A stretch of 63,696 bases of DNA, the filler included, from Globobulimina sp. (taxonomy: Eukaryota), in the NCBI GenBank assembly GCA_003354225.1. It is 41 parts of 41 records of this genome, joined end to end, with 100 filler letters (N's around TTAATTAATTAA, not from the genome) between each part and the next. Parts side by side here need not be neighbours in the genome. Positions count along the whole stretch, not along the records: positions 12,462 to 13,917 come from PIVH01016368.1; positions 14,018 to 15,473 come from PIVH01016369.1; positions 15,574 to 17,029 come from PIVH01016370.1; positions 17,130 to 18,585 come from PIVH01016371.1; positions 18,686 to 20,141 come from PIVH01016372.1; positions 20,242 to 21,697 come from PIVH01016373.1; positions 21,798 to 23,253 come from PIVH01016374.1; positions 23,354 to 24,809 come from PIVH01016375.1; 33 more parts are not named here. The stretch is one strand, 5' to 3'. A model generated the notes under the pieces. The model was not told the DNA's origin. It ran no database searches and was given only the letters and a program-made list of their open reading frames with translations. The first letter of the stretch is position 1, and every line of letters begins with the position of its first letter. A program made the position numbers and the translations under genes. Shown here piece by piece: positions 12,462 through 24,809 of the stretch.

Positions 12462-13878
12462 CCATAGCAGTGGATGACGATTCAACAGTGGGCCATATGA
12501 TGCATAGCACAGATAAAAAAGCAGTCAATTATAAGCTTATTTTGTTAGTGTATATATCTAGAATTATTCCAATTGGAGCAGCTCTTTGCGCCGTTGCGTA
12601 CATTATATATTTGTTAGCAAATGCAGAGAATTGGAGCACTGACCCGAACACGGAGGGTGCTGAAATATTGAGACGTGAGGCCAGCCGCGGATTGTTTGTT
12701 TCTGTGATGATTGCAATTTTGATGAATGCTGTTGGCGCTTTCATGTTTTACATACACGTCCGAGAGTCACTGGTGGTGGTGAATTATGGTTTTATTTTAG
12801 GCCCAGTCATTGGCTTTATGTTGGATCAGGCCATTGGGACAGACAGCGGCTTTCGAGATTTTATGACAGCGGCGGGGTTTTCCTATACTTTCTCCAGTTT
12901 AATCGGTGGCAATTTTATGAGGTACATTGTGACTGTGTTTCTTGATTTGTTTATATCCAATCCACTGCAGGATATTCTCAAAACGCAAGTTGCCAAAATT
13001 GGGGTTATTGCTGTTTTAAAAGATACTAAGGTTACAAAATAAATATATAGTCCATTCTACAAACTGTACACTATGAAAATAACAAACAAGAAAATATTCT
13101 AAAAACGTTTCTTGCGATTTTTACCATTAATTCAATTTAGAATATATGTTTACACATTGCGTAGCTGTTTATTTTTTTCATAGTAGTACTCTGAAATATT
13201 GTTTTCAAGGATATGGTCGGAGTGGAAAAGAAAGACATTGTGGGAAGATATGATTCATTCGTTGCTATGAATTATCCCTCAATTTTGCAATCGATAGTTG
13301 CTTTTGTGACATTCAATGCATATACAAACCAGACGAGGTTTGCGTGGGCTTATCCGAATTTAGATTTGCCGCGGGAATTGAGAATACCACCAGGCACTGT
13401 AATGCTTGGTACTGCCATCGCGGGGGTGTTGTACCTAAATTTCTATACAATAATGGATCATCTATCAGAAAGACAGTATTTTGATGTAAATACAAAGTTA
13501 GGATATGTACTGGCAATATTGGCATTATTGTACGGATTGAATCTAACCGAAAGCATTGAAGCACCGGTTCAGGGTGAAATTGACAAGGAATATACAAAGA
13601 GCATATCGAGTGCGAAACCCTATTTAGGAATGTTAATGTTTTCATGTTTTGTTCTTTATGGATTTGTGTATCCAATATGGACCAGATGTGGCTGTTGTGG
13701 TCATTGCAAACCAAAGGAATCAGAGTTTGAAAAAACAGACCATTTGGCGGAGGTTGATGAAACTAGGCAAATATTGACAGCAGAAATGTTGGAGGAAATT
13801 CAGATGCAAATTAGGAGTCAAATGGAAGCTATGCAAAAGAAGAAGAAAAAAAAGAAAAAGAGAAAAAGTGCTCAATAA
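12462..13878 (+). CDS. Uncharacterised multi-pass membrane protein
   Basis: Several TM segments. Phase-0 intron 13031-13209 joins the two ORFs. Cys cluster and poly-Lys C-terminus. Confidence 0.75.
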
Positions 13879-14017
13879 TAATGTTTATTTTAAATTTGGA
13901 AAGCATAATATATACAANNNNNNNNNNNNNNNNNNNNNNNNNNNNNNNNNNNNNNNNNNNNTTAATTAATTAANNNNNNNNNNNNNNNNNNNNNNNNNNN
14001 NNNNNNNNNNNNNNNNN

Positions 14018-14725
14018 CAATTTTTCATCTTTATGTTTTCCCTGCGACTCTGTAACATGTTTAGTAATCTCACGAAGATAAACGTTTTTATCAATTGAGC
14101 AGAATGCAATAATATGTTTCTTGTCCAAATAGATATGATCCACACTCATAATGTCACCAGTCGCAGTATCATCGCATATTAATAACTTAGTCGCAGTGGC
14201 AATGTCCCATAATATTACAGACGCATCGCCGGAACAGCTCAGTACTAAGTCCTCCGCATCATAGCCATGTTCAATAAATTTAATATTTGCTATGTAGCCG
14301 TCATGCTTTTGTAATTGCCGCACTTGCTCATATTTATAGCGATTGTTTTTCATATATACTGTTACAGTGTTGTCCAATCCACCCGATGCGATATATTTGC
14401 ATAATGGAGATATTGCGACTGCCATAACCCAGGCATTGTTTAATTGAATAGTATCCAATGTGGAGTACTGAGTGCGTTTTTTGCCTTTTTTATTTTCTGA
14501 TATTATCATTTTGGTTACGGTTATATGTCCACTTTGATCTGCAGCGGCAAACATTATTGCATCATTTTTTTCATCGTCAGCGATTCGCCGAGAACCGCAG
14601 GCCCTGATTTTAGATTGTGTTTTGTGCACTGTTTCTAATTTTGTGTTTGATGTGCTCCATTTGAATTGGTTCTCGATGTTAATATCAAGACCAGTCTTTT
14701 TGGCCTTTTGAGCTTTGTTTCCCAT
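14018..14725 (-). CDS. G-protein beta-subunit-like WD40 protein (3' truncated)
   Basis: WVMAVAISP..IASGGLDN, HDGYIANIKF, SCSGDASVILWDI and TGDIMSV match the Gbeta WD2-WD4 signatures. Confidence 0.85.
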
Positions 14726-14851
14726 AATTGATGACTAAAAGTTGAACTGTACTAAAAAACTGTAAAATCGTTCTAACCAGTAACCACCAACCATTTCACA
14801 GAAAGCAAAAGTCAAAAGGGATAATAAAATCCTCTAAATCACACATTCAAA

Positions 14852-15473
14852 ATGCCTTCGACTCTAAAAGTAGCATTCTTCGATTTTTTCATAATGTATC
14901 TTTATTTTCGAAATGTATCCTCTACATTAATTAAATCAGTTACATTAACTCCGCAAAACCCCTCTCAAGAAGGCTCATCAATGACAGTGTTGAAAAGCAC
15001 AACAACCACAGCAGATTCATGGAATATGTTCGCTACCGATGAAATTGGCTTTTTCTTATTATTATCATTGGATAATACCTGGGGATTTGATACTGATTCT
15101 ATTTCAACCATTAATATTACAATAGATAGTGATACCGATTTAAGTGTTGGTGATAAGGATTTATTGACATCATTCAGTATATCTGACAATGAATACATTA
15201 CAAGTTGGTTGAATTTAAAAAATGATTATCCAAATTTTTTTTATCCAGATTGTGATACATCAAAAAATCCCACAGAACAATTTGTAACAGGTGATGTTAA
15301 CACATTGGTTAGCACTGATTCTGGTAATGCAGCATTAGAGAGTGATCGGTCGAGAAAAGCTATGGGGAAACATGAAGGACGTTATTACACCACATTACCT
15401 GCTCCGGGACCAGGCACATCAGGCACAACAGCACAAAATCATTTTCCTGTAATATTTACTTTAGAAAATTATC
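14852..15473 (+). CDS. Secreted or surface Ser/Thr/Asp-rich protein (3' truncated)
   Basis: Hydrophobic N-terminus; ORF open to the contig end. Confidence 0.55.
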
Positions 15474-15592
15474 NNNNNNNNNNNNNNNNNNNNNNNNNNN
15501 NNNNNNNNNNNNNNNNNTTAATTAATTAANNNNNNNNNNNNNNNNNNNNNNNNNNNNNNNNNNNNNNNNNNNNTATATATTTCATTTTTAAT

Positions 15593-16822
15593 TCACATAC
15601 TACCTACCTTAAGTTGCTCAAATCCAGATTTCAATAAAGCCACTTCACCGTCATACTGCTCCTTCATATCATTCATCTTCTCCATCAAAACTAATTTACC
15701 ATTCGTTAAACTCGCAATCTTTTCATTCAATCTGCTTTCCTGCTTCGTAGCTTCCAACTGAATCCTCTGAATCTCCGTCTTTTGTTCCTCCGCTAAATAT
15801 CTCATTTCAGAGTCAATATGAACGTTATGCATGGTACTAAAATCCAACTGCAACCCACCACGCTGCCCTTTCAGTTGTTTCTTTTTCCATTCTGCAGCAT
15901 ACATATCCCTCAACGCAATCTTCCTTAAATTTTCCAACCGTCGTTGAAAATTGTTCAAATGGATGCCTTTCACCGACAAATTGTTCATTAACATGTTTGA
16001 GTCCACGTCAAATAACAGCATACCACCACCAATCTTCTCATCAAAGAAACGTTTCATACAATAGCTGAAACCTAATATATTCCCCACCCAATATGCCACC
16101 TCATATTTATCCCAATGTTCTGCGTTGACTTCGTCACAAAATTTGTGCCCGTTGCTGTTGCAGGTTTTTCTTTTGAGCAATTCTTCTTGAAACAATGCAT
16201 CCGATTCAATCTGTTGCAATTCGTTCTGTACCATCAGCCCCAATTGTCGTTTCATCGCTGCTTCTTCAGATTCGGTGAATGATATTGCTTCCAATCTAGC
16301 ATTTGGGTGGATATTGGTGCTAAATTTAGGTGAGATAATGCGTAGTAATTCTTCCTGATATGATTGTAATGTGGGTTGGTTGTAATATTTTTGTAATAAA
16401 AAATCGCCGAAGTTTACTTTATCGATGTATTGATCAGAGGAGGTGCCATCAGTGGAGTTGATTAATTTAAATAGTTTCTGTATTCGAGTTTTGCTCATAT
16501 TTAGTCCTAAATTCTTCAGTGCGTTTGTAAATTCTTGTATATCTATATCACCGTTATCGTCTTTGTCGAAATGTTCTGAGAATACGGTCTCAACCAATTC
16601 TTTGAGTTGTGTTGGGGTGTATTTACTGAAACAATATGCAGTTATTTGTCGATCTAATGCAGGAGGTGCCGGTGCGGTGAGATTCTCATTTGATGATGAT
16701 TTCTTATCATCATCTTGCTCGTTAACCTCGTTTGAGCCAAAATCGTCAGGACCACCTGGTGTTACATATTTTGATGCCATATGTGATACGTTACGAACAT
16801 GTTCAACATTTTGATTCTGCAT
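15593..16822 (-). CDS. EF-hand + SAM domain + coiled-coil protein (probably continues past an intron)
   Basis: EF loop DKDDNGDIDIQEF plus a degenerate second EF; SAM WDKYEVAYWV..FFDEKIGGGMLL..GIHL; heptad-rich tail; GTAGGT donor near 15608. Confidence 0.8.
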   Translation of the reverse strand: MQNQNVEHVRNVSHMASKYVTPGGPDDFGSNEVNEQDDDKKSSSNENLTAPAPPALDRQITAYCFSKYTPTQLKELVETVFSEHFDKDDNGDIDIQEFTNALKNLGLNMSKTRIQKLFKLINSTDGTSSDQYIDKVNFGDFLLQKYYNQPTLQSYQEELLRIISPKFSTNIHPNARLEAISFTESEEAAMKRQLGLMVQNELQQIESDALFQEELLKRKTCNSNGHKFCDEVNAEHWDKYEVAYWVGNILGFSYCMKRFFDEKIGGGMLLFDVDSNMLMNNLSVKGIHLNNFQRRLENLRKIALRDMYAAEWKKKQLKGQRGGLQLDFSTMHNVHIDSEMRYLAEEQKTEIQRIQLEATKQESRLNEKIASLTNGKLVLMEKMNDMKEQYDGEVALLKSGFEQLKVGSM

Positions 16823-17129
16823 TTTAACTTTGGCGTTTTGGAAAAAAAGTATGCAATCCAAAGCCAAGATAACTTTAATATATCGTGTCAAAGCTGATTA
16901 GAAAAACGTAGTAAGTAGATATTAAATGCTCTAAACAAAAAAAAAATATAAGAAGTGACAAGAACCAATTAATGCAATAAGAATAAATGAAAGAACAAAA
17001 AAAATGATAAAATAAATCATATAAATATANNNNNNNNNNNNNNNNNNNNNNNNNNNNNNNNNNNNNNNNNNNNTTAATTAATTAANNNNNNNNNNNNNNN
17101 NNNNNNNNNNNNNNNNNNNNNNNNNNNNN

Positions 17130-18584
17130 TATATTTGTTAATATAATTAAGCAGCAATACACGCGCAGTGTATAAAAACATTCACTTTCATCATTTTCTA
17201 TATTGATAAACTTGTCATATTTTTCACCATCATTTCCATATAAAAATCGATCACATTCATCATAATACGATATATTTACTGATAGTATTCCATCATCAAT
17301 CCTTTTATAATTATTTGCCACACTCAATTCTTTTATAAATAAAATACGTCCTTTCTCCTCTCCATCACTGTCAAATGATAATTTTAACAAACTTAAACAA
17401 CATAAAATTTCATTAATACTCGATGTTGCAAACAATATCCATTTTGATAAAAATTCCAACCCGCTGTTACAGGTACTTTTTCCCTCATTTTTCAATAAAT
17501 ATTCAGCAAAATCACACCAGAAAAGGTTAACTTTGATGAAATTCTTTCTTTTCTCATCATATTTTATACCAAACCAATATGTTTCTTGATATTCTTTGGT
17601 TGCATCCAATTCTTGATACAATTGCATCAATTGACTATTTTTCCCATTTATATTTTTATCATTTACCTGTATTATTCGTGCCGATGAACGTGCGCCTAAA
17701 ACGCCTCTATGATAAGAACTTGTAATGGTTCTAAACCTTTCCTGTCCCGCGGTGTCCCATAACTGTAACTTAACTTTTTTATTATTCACACTGTTGGTTT
17801 TTATTCGAAAATCGACACCGATGGTTGATATAAAACTTGTTGTAAATGAATCGTCAGAATATCTTAATAAAATACATGATTTCCCAACACCTGAACTTCC
17901 AAACATTAATACCTTAAATAAATGATCATAACTTTTATTTCTTTGATTTTTATTTTGCTGCTGCTTATACTCAGTTTGTGGTGGATGTGTTAATAAAATA
18001 TTTCTTTGTATATCGTCAAATACATTATTTACATTTGTGCCAACTTTTGCTGATGTTTCATAAAATATCCTCAAACCATATTTATTTGCCATGACACGAC
18101 CTTGTTTTGCACTCACTTTACGTTGATTTTGCAAATCACATTTATTTCCAACTAAAGCTGCTTCTGTCGAATCATGCAAAATGCGGCTCAAGTCATCTTC
18201 TAAATATTCAAGTGACTGTAAATCGGTAATATCATAAATAAAAACTGCACCAAATCGTTTGGATGGCTTAGATGGATCGTAATAAAGTGGTGGAAGCACC
18301 GCAGCTGACTCAAACATGGCATCATCTGCCTCATCATCAGAGGCACAAATTTTTTCCTCCTCTTCATCGATATCTTCATTTAATTGTTTCTCTGTTAATG
18401 CAGTACGGAATAATTTATCCAATTTCTGTGGGTTTATTTTTGTTTTTTGTTGGTGTTTTTGAAAATATTTCAGTGCCCTGGCTCGTAAATTAATATTTTG
18501 TTTTAACGCCCATAAAATACAAATATCATAACCATTTGGATGTTGATCATGGTCACAATGAAATACTTTATCGTTTCTTGTTAT
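17130..18584 (-). CDS. Multidomain protein containing a circularly permuted Rab-like GTPase domain (open at both contig ends)
   Basis: One frame is open across the whole contig. Motif order is NKCD (G4), ETSAK (G5), GSSGVGKS (G1), T-IGVDF (G2/RabF1), [19 protein letters not shown] (G3/RabF3-F4). Confidence 0.85.
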
Positions 18585-18762
18585 TNNNNNNNNNNNNNNN
18601 NNNNNNNNNNNNNNNNNNNNNNNNNNNNNTTAATTAATTAANNNNNNNNNNNNNNNNNNNNNNNNNNNNNNNNNNNNNNNNNNNNTTCGAAAAATATTTC
18701 ACTTTGGGATTTTTATCAATACGCTTCCGGATTTCAAGACTGTTTAAACCTCACAGAACAAA

Positions 18763-20141
18763 TCACCATTGTTTACTGTTCCAATCACCAAGAAATATGT
18801 CATTGTTCTCGTTAAATCTAGCAAGTAATTGATTAATTTGAAGAGTAACAGGTTCATAATATTGTGTCAATTTCTCTTTGATATCTTGTGGTATTGGCAA
18901 TGTTTCATGTTTCTGATGTGGTAAATTAATATTTTCCCAAATATCCATATGTCTATTTTTAAATTTCTCAATATCGCAAATCTTCCCCTCACTCCAACAA
19001 GTCATTAAATACAACGCTTCTTTTGGTTGATTTATAACATAATTAAACGCCATAAATCTAAACTTTAGACCCAACAAATTTGTCTGTTTAAACACAATAA
19101 GTGGTAATAATAAATGTGGATAACTCAGACCAACAAATAGCATATGAATTGGATGTCGAACATGAATTATATGCTTATATTTTATTTCTTGGTAACTCCA
19201 GTTTTCATCATATAATCCAATATCAATATCTTTGCAGTCCATATCATTATCATTCCAGTGCAACTTATACGCGTTGCACTTTTTAAATAACCTCGAAAAT
19301 CCATAGAAAAATTTAAAGTATTCATTCAAAATAACAATATCATCATATTCCACACTTCTGTTTATAACCATATTTCTAAACTGCTCCAAAGGTTTATAAC
19401 GCAGCGATACATTCAATTGATACCGAATTAAATCAAAAACTGCATTTTGATCCGTACCGAATGCATTGACAAACTTTTTAATATAAAATAAGGAGTACCA
19501 TGAAATTGTTCGTTTGACGGAACTCCGAAGTAATATTAATACGTTTGTCCCATATTGGTTTAGCTTATAATTTATAGGCGATATATAATAGGCAAATATT
19601 ATAGGAATATAAGGTGAATAATAATGAGCCGGCGTTTTGACGATAACTAACATATTATTCTTATATTTGGAGGCATTGATTATGTCCGAAAATACAGAAT
19701 TTTGTTTATTTACTTGTTTTTCAATGATATATGGTTGTAATAATAATAAAATCTCATAAAATGGATATTGTTCAAGCGTTTGAATGGATTTATTTTCACT
19801 TATATTATAATGTAAATAATTAACTAATTTTTGGAAATAATAGTCTTTCTTTGAGGAACCAAAATAATTTTCAGTTAAAAAAGTAGTCCAAATTTGTGGA
19901 TACTCACGGAATGGTTTATGTGTTTCTGGCTGGTACCAATTTGGAAAACTCTCCGCTAATCCGGTGTAAATAGAGGTTGTGGATGTTTTTGCTGGACCAA
20001 AAATCCATAATGCTGGGATTGTGTACGATACATTTCGTGGTTTGGTGTGTATTGATAGGTTTGGCTGCTGCCGAATAATTGGGATTAGAGTTTTGGATAA
20101 TGTCGACTCTGCAGAGTTGAACACAACCAACAGTAGGCCAT
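18763..20141 (-). CDS. P-loop sulfotransferase (heparan-sulfate ST-like fold; 5' truncated)
   Basis: 5'-PSB-like IFGPAKTSTTSIY, 3'-PB-like LLRSSVKRTISWY, and C-terminal LTQYYEP..QINQLL. Confidence 0.8.
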
Positions 20142-20788
20142 NNNNNNNNNNNNNNNNNNNNNNNNNNNNNNNNNNNNNNNNNNNNTTAATTAATTAANNN
20201 NNNNNNNNNNNNNNNNNNNNNNNNNNNNNNNNNNNNNNNNNAGCATCTTCGTGCAACAGTTTATTATATTGCAAAAAGTTTAAACACAGAAAACTTTAGT
20301 TAAAACATCCAACAATTATTAATTGAAATGTTGAGCAGATGATTATGGTCTTACTTGCGGTGATTGGTTTGTTGGAAAAAATTGCAGATTTTTGTTTTTA
20401 AGCCTCCGGTGATGGATCTTTAGTTCGTATGAAATAATGTGGACTGCACTGAGGACGGAACTATATCAGCGGGTGATTGTAGTTATGGTTATGTTGATAG
20501 ACGGTCAAATGACGGGGAGTATCATCACTGATCATTGTTTTAATGGAGCAGAGTTTGTCATTATTTCTATGAATTATATGAGATTTATTCGAATTAGTTT
20601 GTACAATGGTTCATCTGAAATTCAGTGAATCTCTCAATTTGTAAAAATTGTACATTTGCTTTATACAAAACTAAATTACATTTGCTTTAAATATGGATAG
20701 AATATGTGTAGATTTTGTCAATTATCTGGAATCTATAATAATAATATTTACATTCACACAATGAAAGCAAAACAAACCACAAAAACAA

Positions 20789-21697
20789 TCACACACAGTC
20801 AAAAATTAATAAATCTTGCCTATCACCTAATAAATCATTTGTTTGTTGAATTGATATTTTTATTTTTGGATATTTAATATTTAATGATGATGAGATTGAT
20901 GAATATAAATAATATAACCAACTTCGTCTATTTCCACGTTTTCTATCCTTCCATACGCCATATAATGAACATTTTATTTTATTTCTTTTTCTTGTTTCAC
21001 TTAAAATATCCAATAATCCACATAATGAAAATTGATATGAAGATAATCCCCCAACATCTGTACATTGAATAACAATATGATCCAAATTTGGAAATAAATT
21101 TATCAAACTACTCTTCAATAAATTCCTGCCGCCAATAATCTCTTTATATGACATATTATATCTATCCCACACAGAATCTGATGACTCCACAATCAAATCT
21201 TGTAAAACTGAGGGATAATCTTTAAGTGAACGCAAATTGATATTTAATGTTTTTTTACTATATCTGAACATATTAAATGTATCCTCAATATATAATGGGA
21301 TTGATTTATCAGATTCAAATAATAAACGCATTATCTCTGCAGCTTTTATACTAAATCCGCGGACTGCTTTTTCTTTACATCCATTGATAGCCGCATCAAA
21401 TTGAGATAAAACAGCAAAGAATTTGCCAAAATTCGTCCATGTTTCTGTTAATCGAATGGATGTGATACCCATTGGATATTGGCCGTGAATAAATAATCTC
21501 TCATTCTCTTCCTTAAATTTTGATATCCACGAAACATTAAACATTTTCAAATATTTTGTAAATGCATCTTTTTGATTGTCCATTTGTAAAATAATGCCAT
21601 TCTGTTTAGCAAAATTCTGTGCGATGAGAATCTGCTTTGTTGTGGAGGTTGGTCCACATAAACGAATCCTAAACGACTCCACATTGATAACCACACC
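20789..21697 (-). CDS. ADP-ribosyltransferase-like domain protein (5' truncated)
   Basis: GPTSTT..IAQNFA..GIILQ..SWISKFKEENERLF; same motif set as the gene at 43582-45036. Confidence 0.6.
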   Translation of the reverse strand, partial: GVVINVESFRIRLCGPTSTTKQILIAQNFAKQNGIILQMDNQKDAFTKYLKMFNVSWISKFKEENERLFIHGQYPMGITSIRLTETWTNFGKFFAVLSQFDAAINGCKEKAVRGFSIKAAEIMRLLFESDKSIPLYIEDTFNMFRYSKKTLNINLRSLKDYPSVLQDLIVESSDSVWDRYNMSYKEIIGGRNLLKSSLINLFPNLDHIVIQCTDVGGLSSYQFSLCGLLDILSETRKRNKIKCSLYGVWKDRKRGNRRSWLYYLYSSISSSLNIKYPKIKISIQQTNDLLGDRQDLLIFDCV

Positions 21698-21797
21698 NNN
21701 NNNNNNNNNNNNNNNNNNNNNNNNNNNNNNNNNNNNNNNNNTTAATTAATTAANNNNNNNNNNNNNNNNNNNNNNNNNNNNNNNNNNNNNNNNNNNN

Positions 21798-23253
21798 TTT
21801 ATTACACATTGATCAAAAATTATTAAATGAGTTGAAAATACCAATAACTTTACAAAATCAGGTCAATGAATATGTAAAAATATGGAGAAAATATGCGTTA
21901 TTTACGCATTTTGAAGAAGCAGTGCCAAAATCAAATAACATCACACATCTTTTAAATGATTTAAAAGCAGCAAATGAGTCACAATCTGCTGCGGGCCATA
22001 TACAAATATTACAGCAAACATTTGAGGAATTGTGGCTGTTGAATATTAATAAGATTAAATTGTATTTTTCCAAGACTAAGTGGGATAATCTTAATATTCC
22101 AAGCTATCTTAAACTTATTTTATTGAAGAAAATACATCATAGTTTTGAAGAGAATGAAAATAAACAAAATGCTATGTCCAATGATGAAAAAGAAGGCGAA
22201 GCGTTGTATCCAGATCTCGATGAATTAAAACGCGATTTGCAAAATATAACAGCTGGCAATGATGAGGTAAAAATTAACGTTAATGCGCAGTTATGCGATT
22301 CATACGATATTGAACCGACTTATACGTTGCAGAAAGTGGCCAATTTGTTATCGCATTCACTGTTCGTTCCAGAAAAGCAGATAAAGAAATATTTGCAAGC
22401 ATTTATCGAGTATAAATATAATCGAATGTATTCTCTCTCGTTTATTTCTCACGAATTATACCACGAATTGATGTCTGTGGCTCCAAACTGTTTGAAATTG
22501 GAGCTGTTTAACATTATGGCACACTGCAAAAAGAAAATGAGTGGAAATGCATTGCCATTTTATGAATATAGAAAGATATCGAATGCAAATTATGTGAATT
22601 TTAAAGAAATTGAAATTGATTGGACAATGAGCACTGTTCAAGTGTTTAAGTTATTAGAATGCGATTTAAATTTAAAGAAAGATGCATTATTATCGGACTG
22701 CAACACATTAATGAATAATTTTTATAGTAATTTATGGGATTGGTTTTTTATACCAGTGTCAATGTGGAAAACATTGAAACATTATAACAAATATCAAAGT
22801 GTACGGATAAGAATTCATGATTTAATGAGTGAGTGTGGCAAGAAATATAATGTAAAAAAACAAATGCCGGCAGTGCCTTCTTTGTGGCTCGACAAATACA
22901 ATAAAGATTTGCCAATTGAACAGTTATTATTTGGTGGAGATAATAATCAATTCAGTTTCGATGGATTACGATGCAATGACGAGATTAGCGAGAAAGTACA
23001 ATTAATAAACAAGTATCTGCTCGAAAACTATGTGGCAAAGTTAGAGTTTGTGCCCAATCAACACGCACAAAACAACGAAGTATGGACAAAATATATGAAT
23101 CAACATAACATTCCGCCACATATTCGATTTAAAATTAATTTTTATGCCATTAAAGGAAACATACAAACAGACGATGATTGGCTGAATAATTACATTCAAA
23201 ACAGCAATTATCCAATGTTTGCGCCACAATTTAAGCAATCTATATTGTTACCG
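21798..23253 (+). CDS. Hypothetical protein (internal fragment)
   Basis: Uninterrupted ORF of more than 470 aa in AT-rich DNA; no motif recognised. Confidence 0.7.
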
Positions 23254-23353
23254 NNNNNNNNNNNNNNNNNNNNNNNNNNNNNNNNNNNNNNNNNNNNTTA
23301 ATTAATTAANNNNNNNNNNNNNNNNNNNNNNNNNNNNNNNNNNNNNNNNNNNN

Positions 23354-24809
23354 AATCATCAAAACAACGGCAACCACAACAACAGTGTTGACAACTATGA
23401 TAATAAAGGATACCAATGTTTTGCCAATACCAGACACAGAATCTGTAAATAGAAACTGTCCAAAAAAGAATGTACAAAATGAACCAAACAAGGATAATAA
23501 TTCTAATCCGTCCATGGCTTCAGTAGTATAAGGACATGCTAACGAATGTATGCATAATGCCACAACCACCAACAACGTAGCTAACAATGCTTGTATTTGT
23601 ATGTCATAGCTGAAGAAAACTGCGATAGAAACCATTAATATTTTCCTAATCATAATAATAATTTCCCAGTAATAAAATCGTGGCTCGTAACCTTTAAATA
23701 AAAAATGATACCGATTCACAATATTTTTATTAACGTCTTCAAAATCTTTGGTCAATTCGTCCCGGTTTAGATATAAGCGGTATAACACAAACAATGGCAG
23801 CCCAAACACATAGAATATCAGCATTGGCATAGCCACACATACAACAAATAGTAAATGGACGGTATTATTCAAGCACTTAATTTGCATATCTTGAATTAAA
23901 TAATAGTCATCGTCATAAGCACCAAGTTTCTTGCAATTCAGTAAAGCAAATGTCATTTCTACCAATTGCGGATGTATCATAAATATGGTTATTATCACTG
24001 CTGTGATATAATGATTCCATGCATTGACATAAGCCGCACATTTGCTGTCGACTGGAAGTTCCATTCTTGATAATGATGATAACGAACTTCTACGAAGTCT
24101 GATATTTGTATCAATATTGTGCTGACTGGTGCCGGTTCGCAGATATTTACAAAACACCATACGACAAACAAAACATATAAAAACGGGTAATAGTAAGTAA
24201 GCGATAGCTTTTACATATAACGACGGTATTTTGCCGATGAAATTATTTGAATGTTTTACAAAACAATCGACAGAAAGTACGCCATTTGCAATAGTTGCTG
24301 GTTGTTGTTGTACTTTTAAAAATCCTCTAACAATCGGCGGAAATTCATAATCAAACAATAATGCCAAACTGTTGAATTGTAAAAAAGAAAAACCTATTTT
24401 GTGTAGACTCAATGTTACATTTACTGCCAACAAAAAACATATACGTTAATACGTACCTATTTTCCCAATGGTGGATAAATCAGATTTTGCTTTCTGTGCG
24501 GTTCTAATTGTGGTTCGAATAAAGAATATCATAATAAATGTCACGCATACAAATACTACGAGTAACCTAAGTGCGTTGATTGCCGGCGGCAAACATGTCT
24601 CGCAGCCATGACCTGAGGTTTTACCTAAACCAGCTTCACAATCTGTACATAAAACGCCAGTAAAGCCTTCAGCACATCTTTGTGCACCACCAACACAAGC
24701 AGTGTTTATACACTTTATCATTTTTAAAGTTTGCGGTGAAGTGTGTATCATTGGCATATAATGTGCTTCAGGTTGAATATTGGAATAATTCAAGCCAGTT
24801 TGGGTACAA
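23354..24809 (-). CDS. Cys-rich ectodomain + multi-pass TM protein (protist receptor-like family)
   Basis: C..ACVGG..CAEGFTGVLCTDC..GCETC, intron 24394-24456, SFLQ, FLFKGYEPRFYYWEIIIMIRK and many TM segments. Confidence 0.8.
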
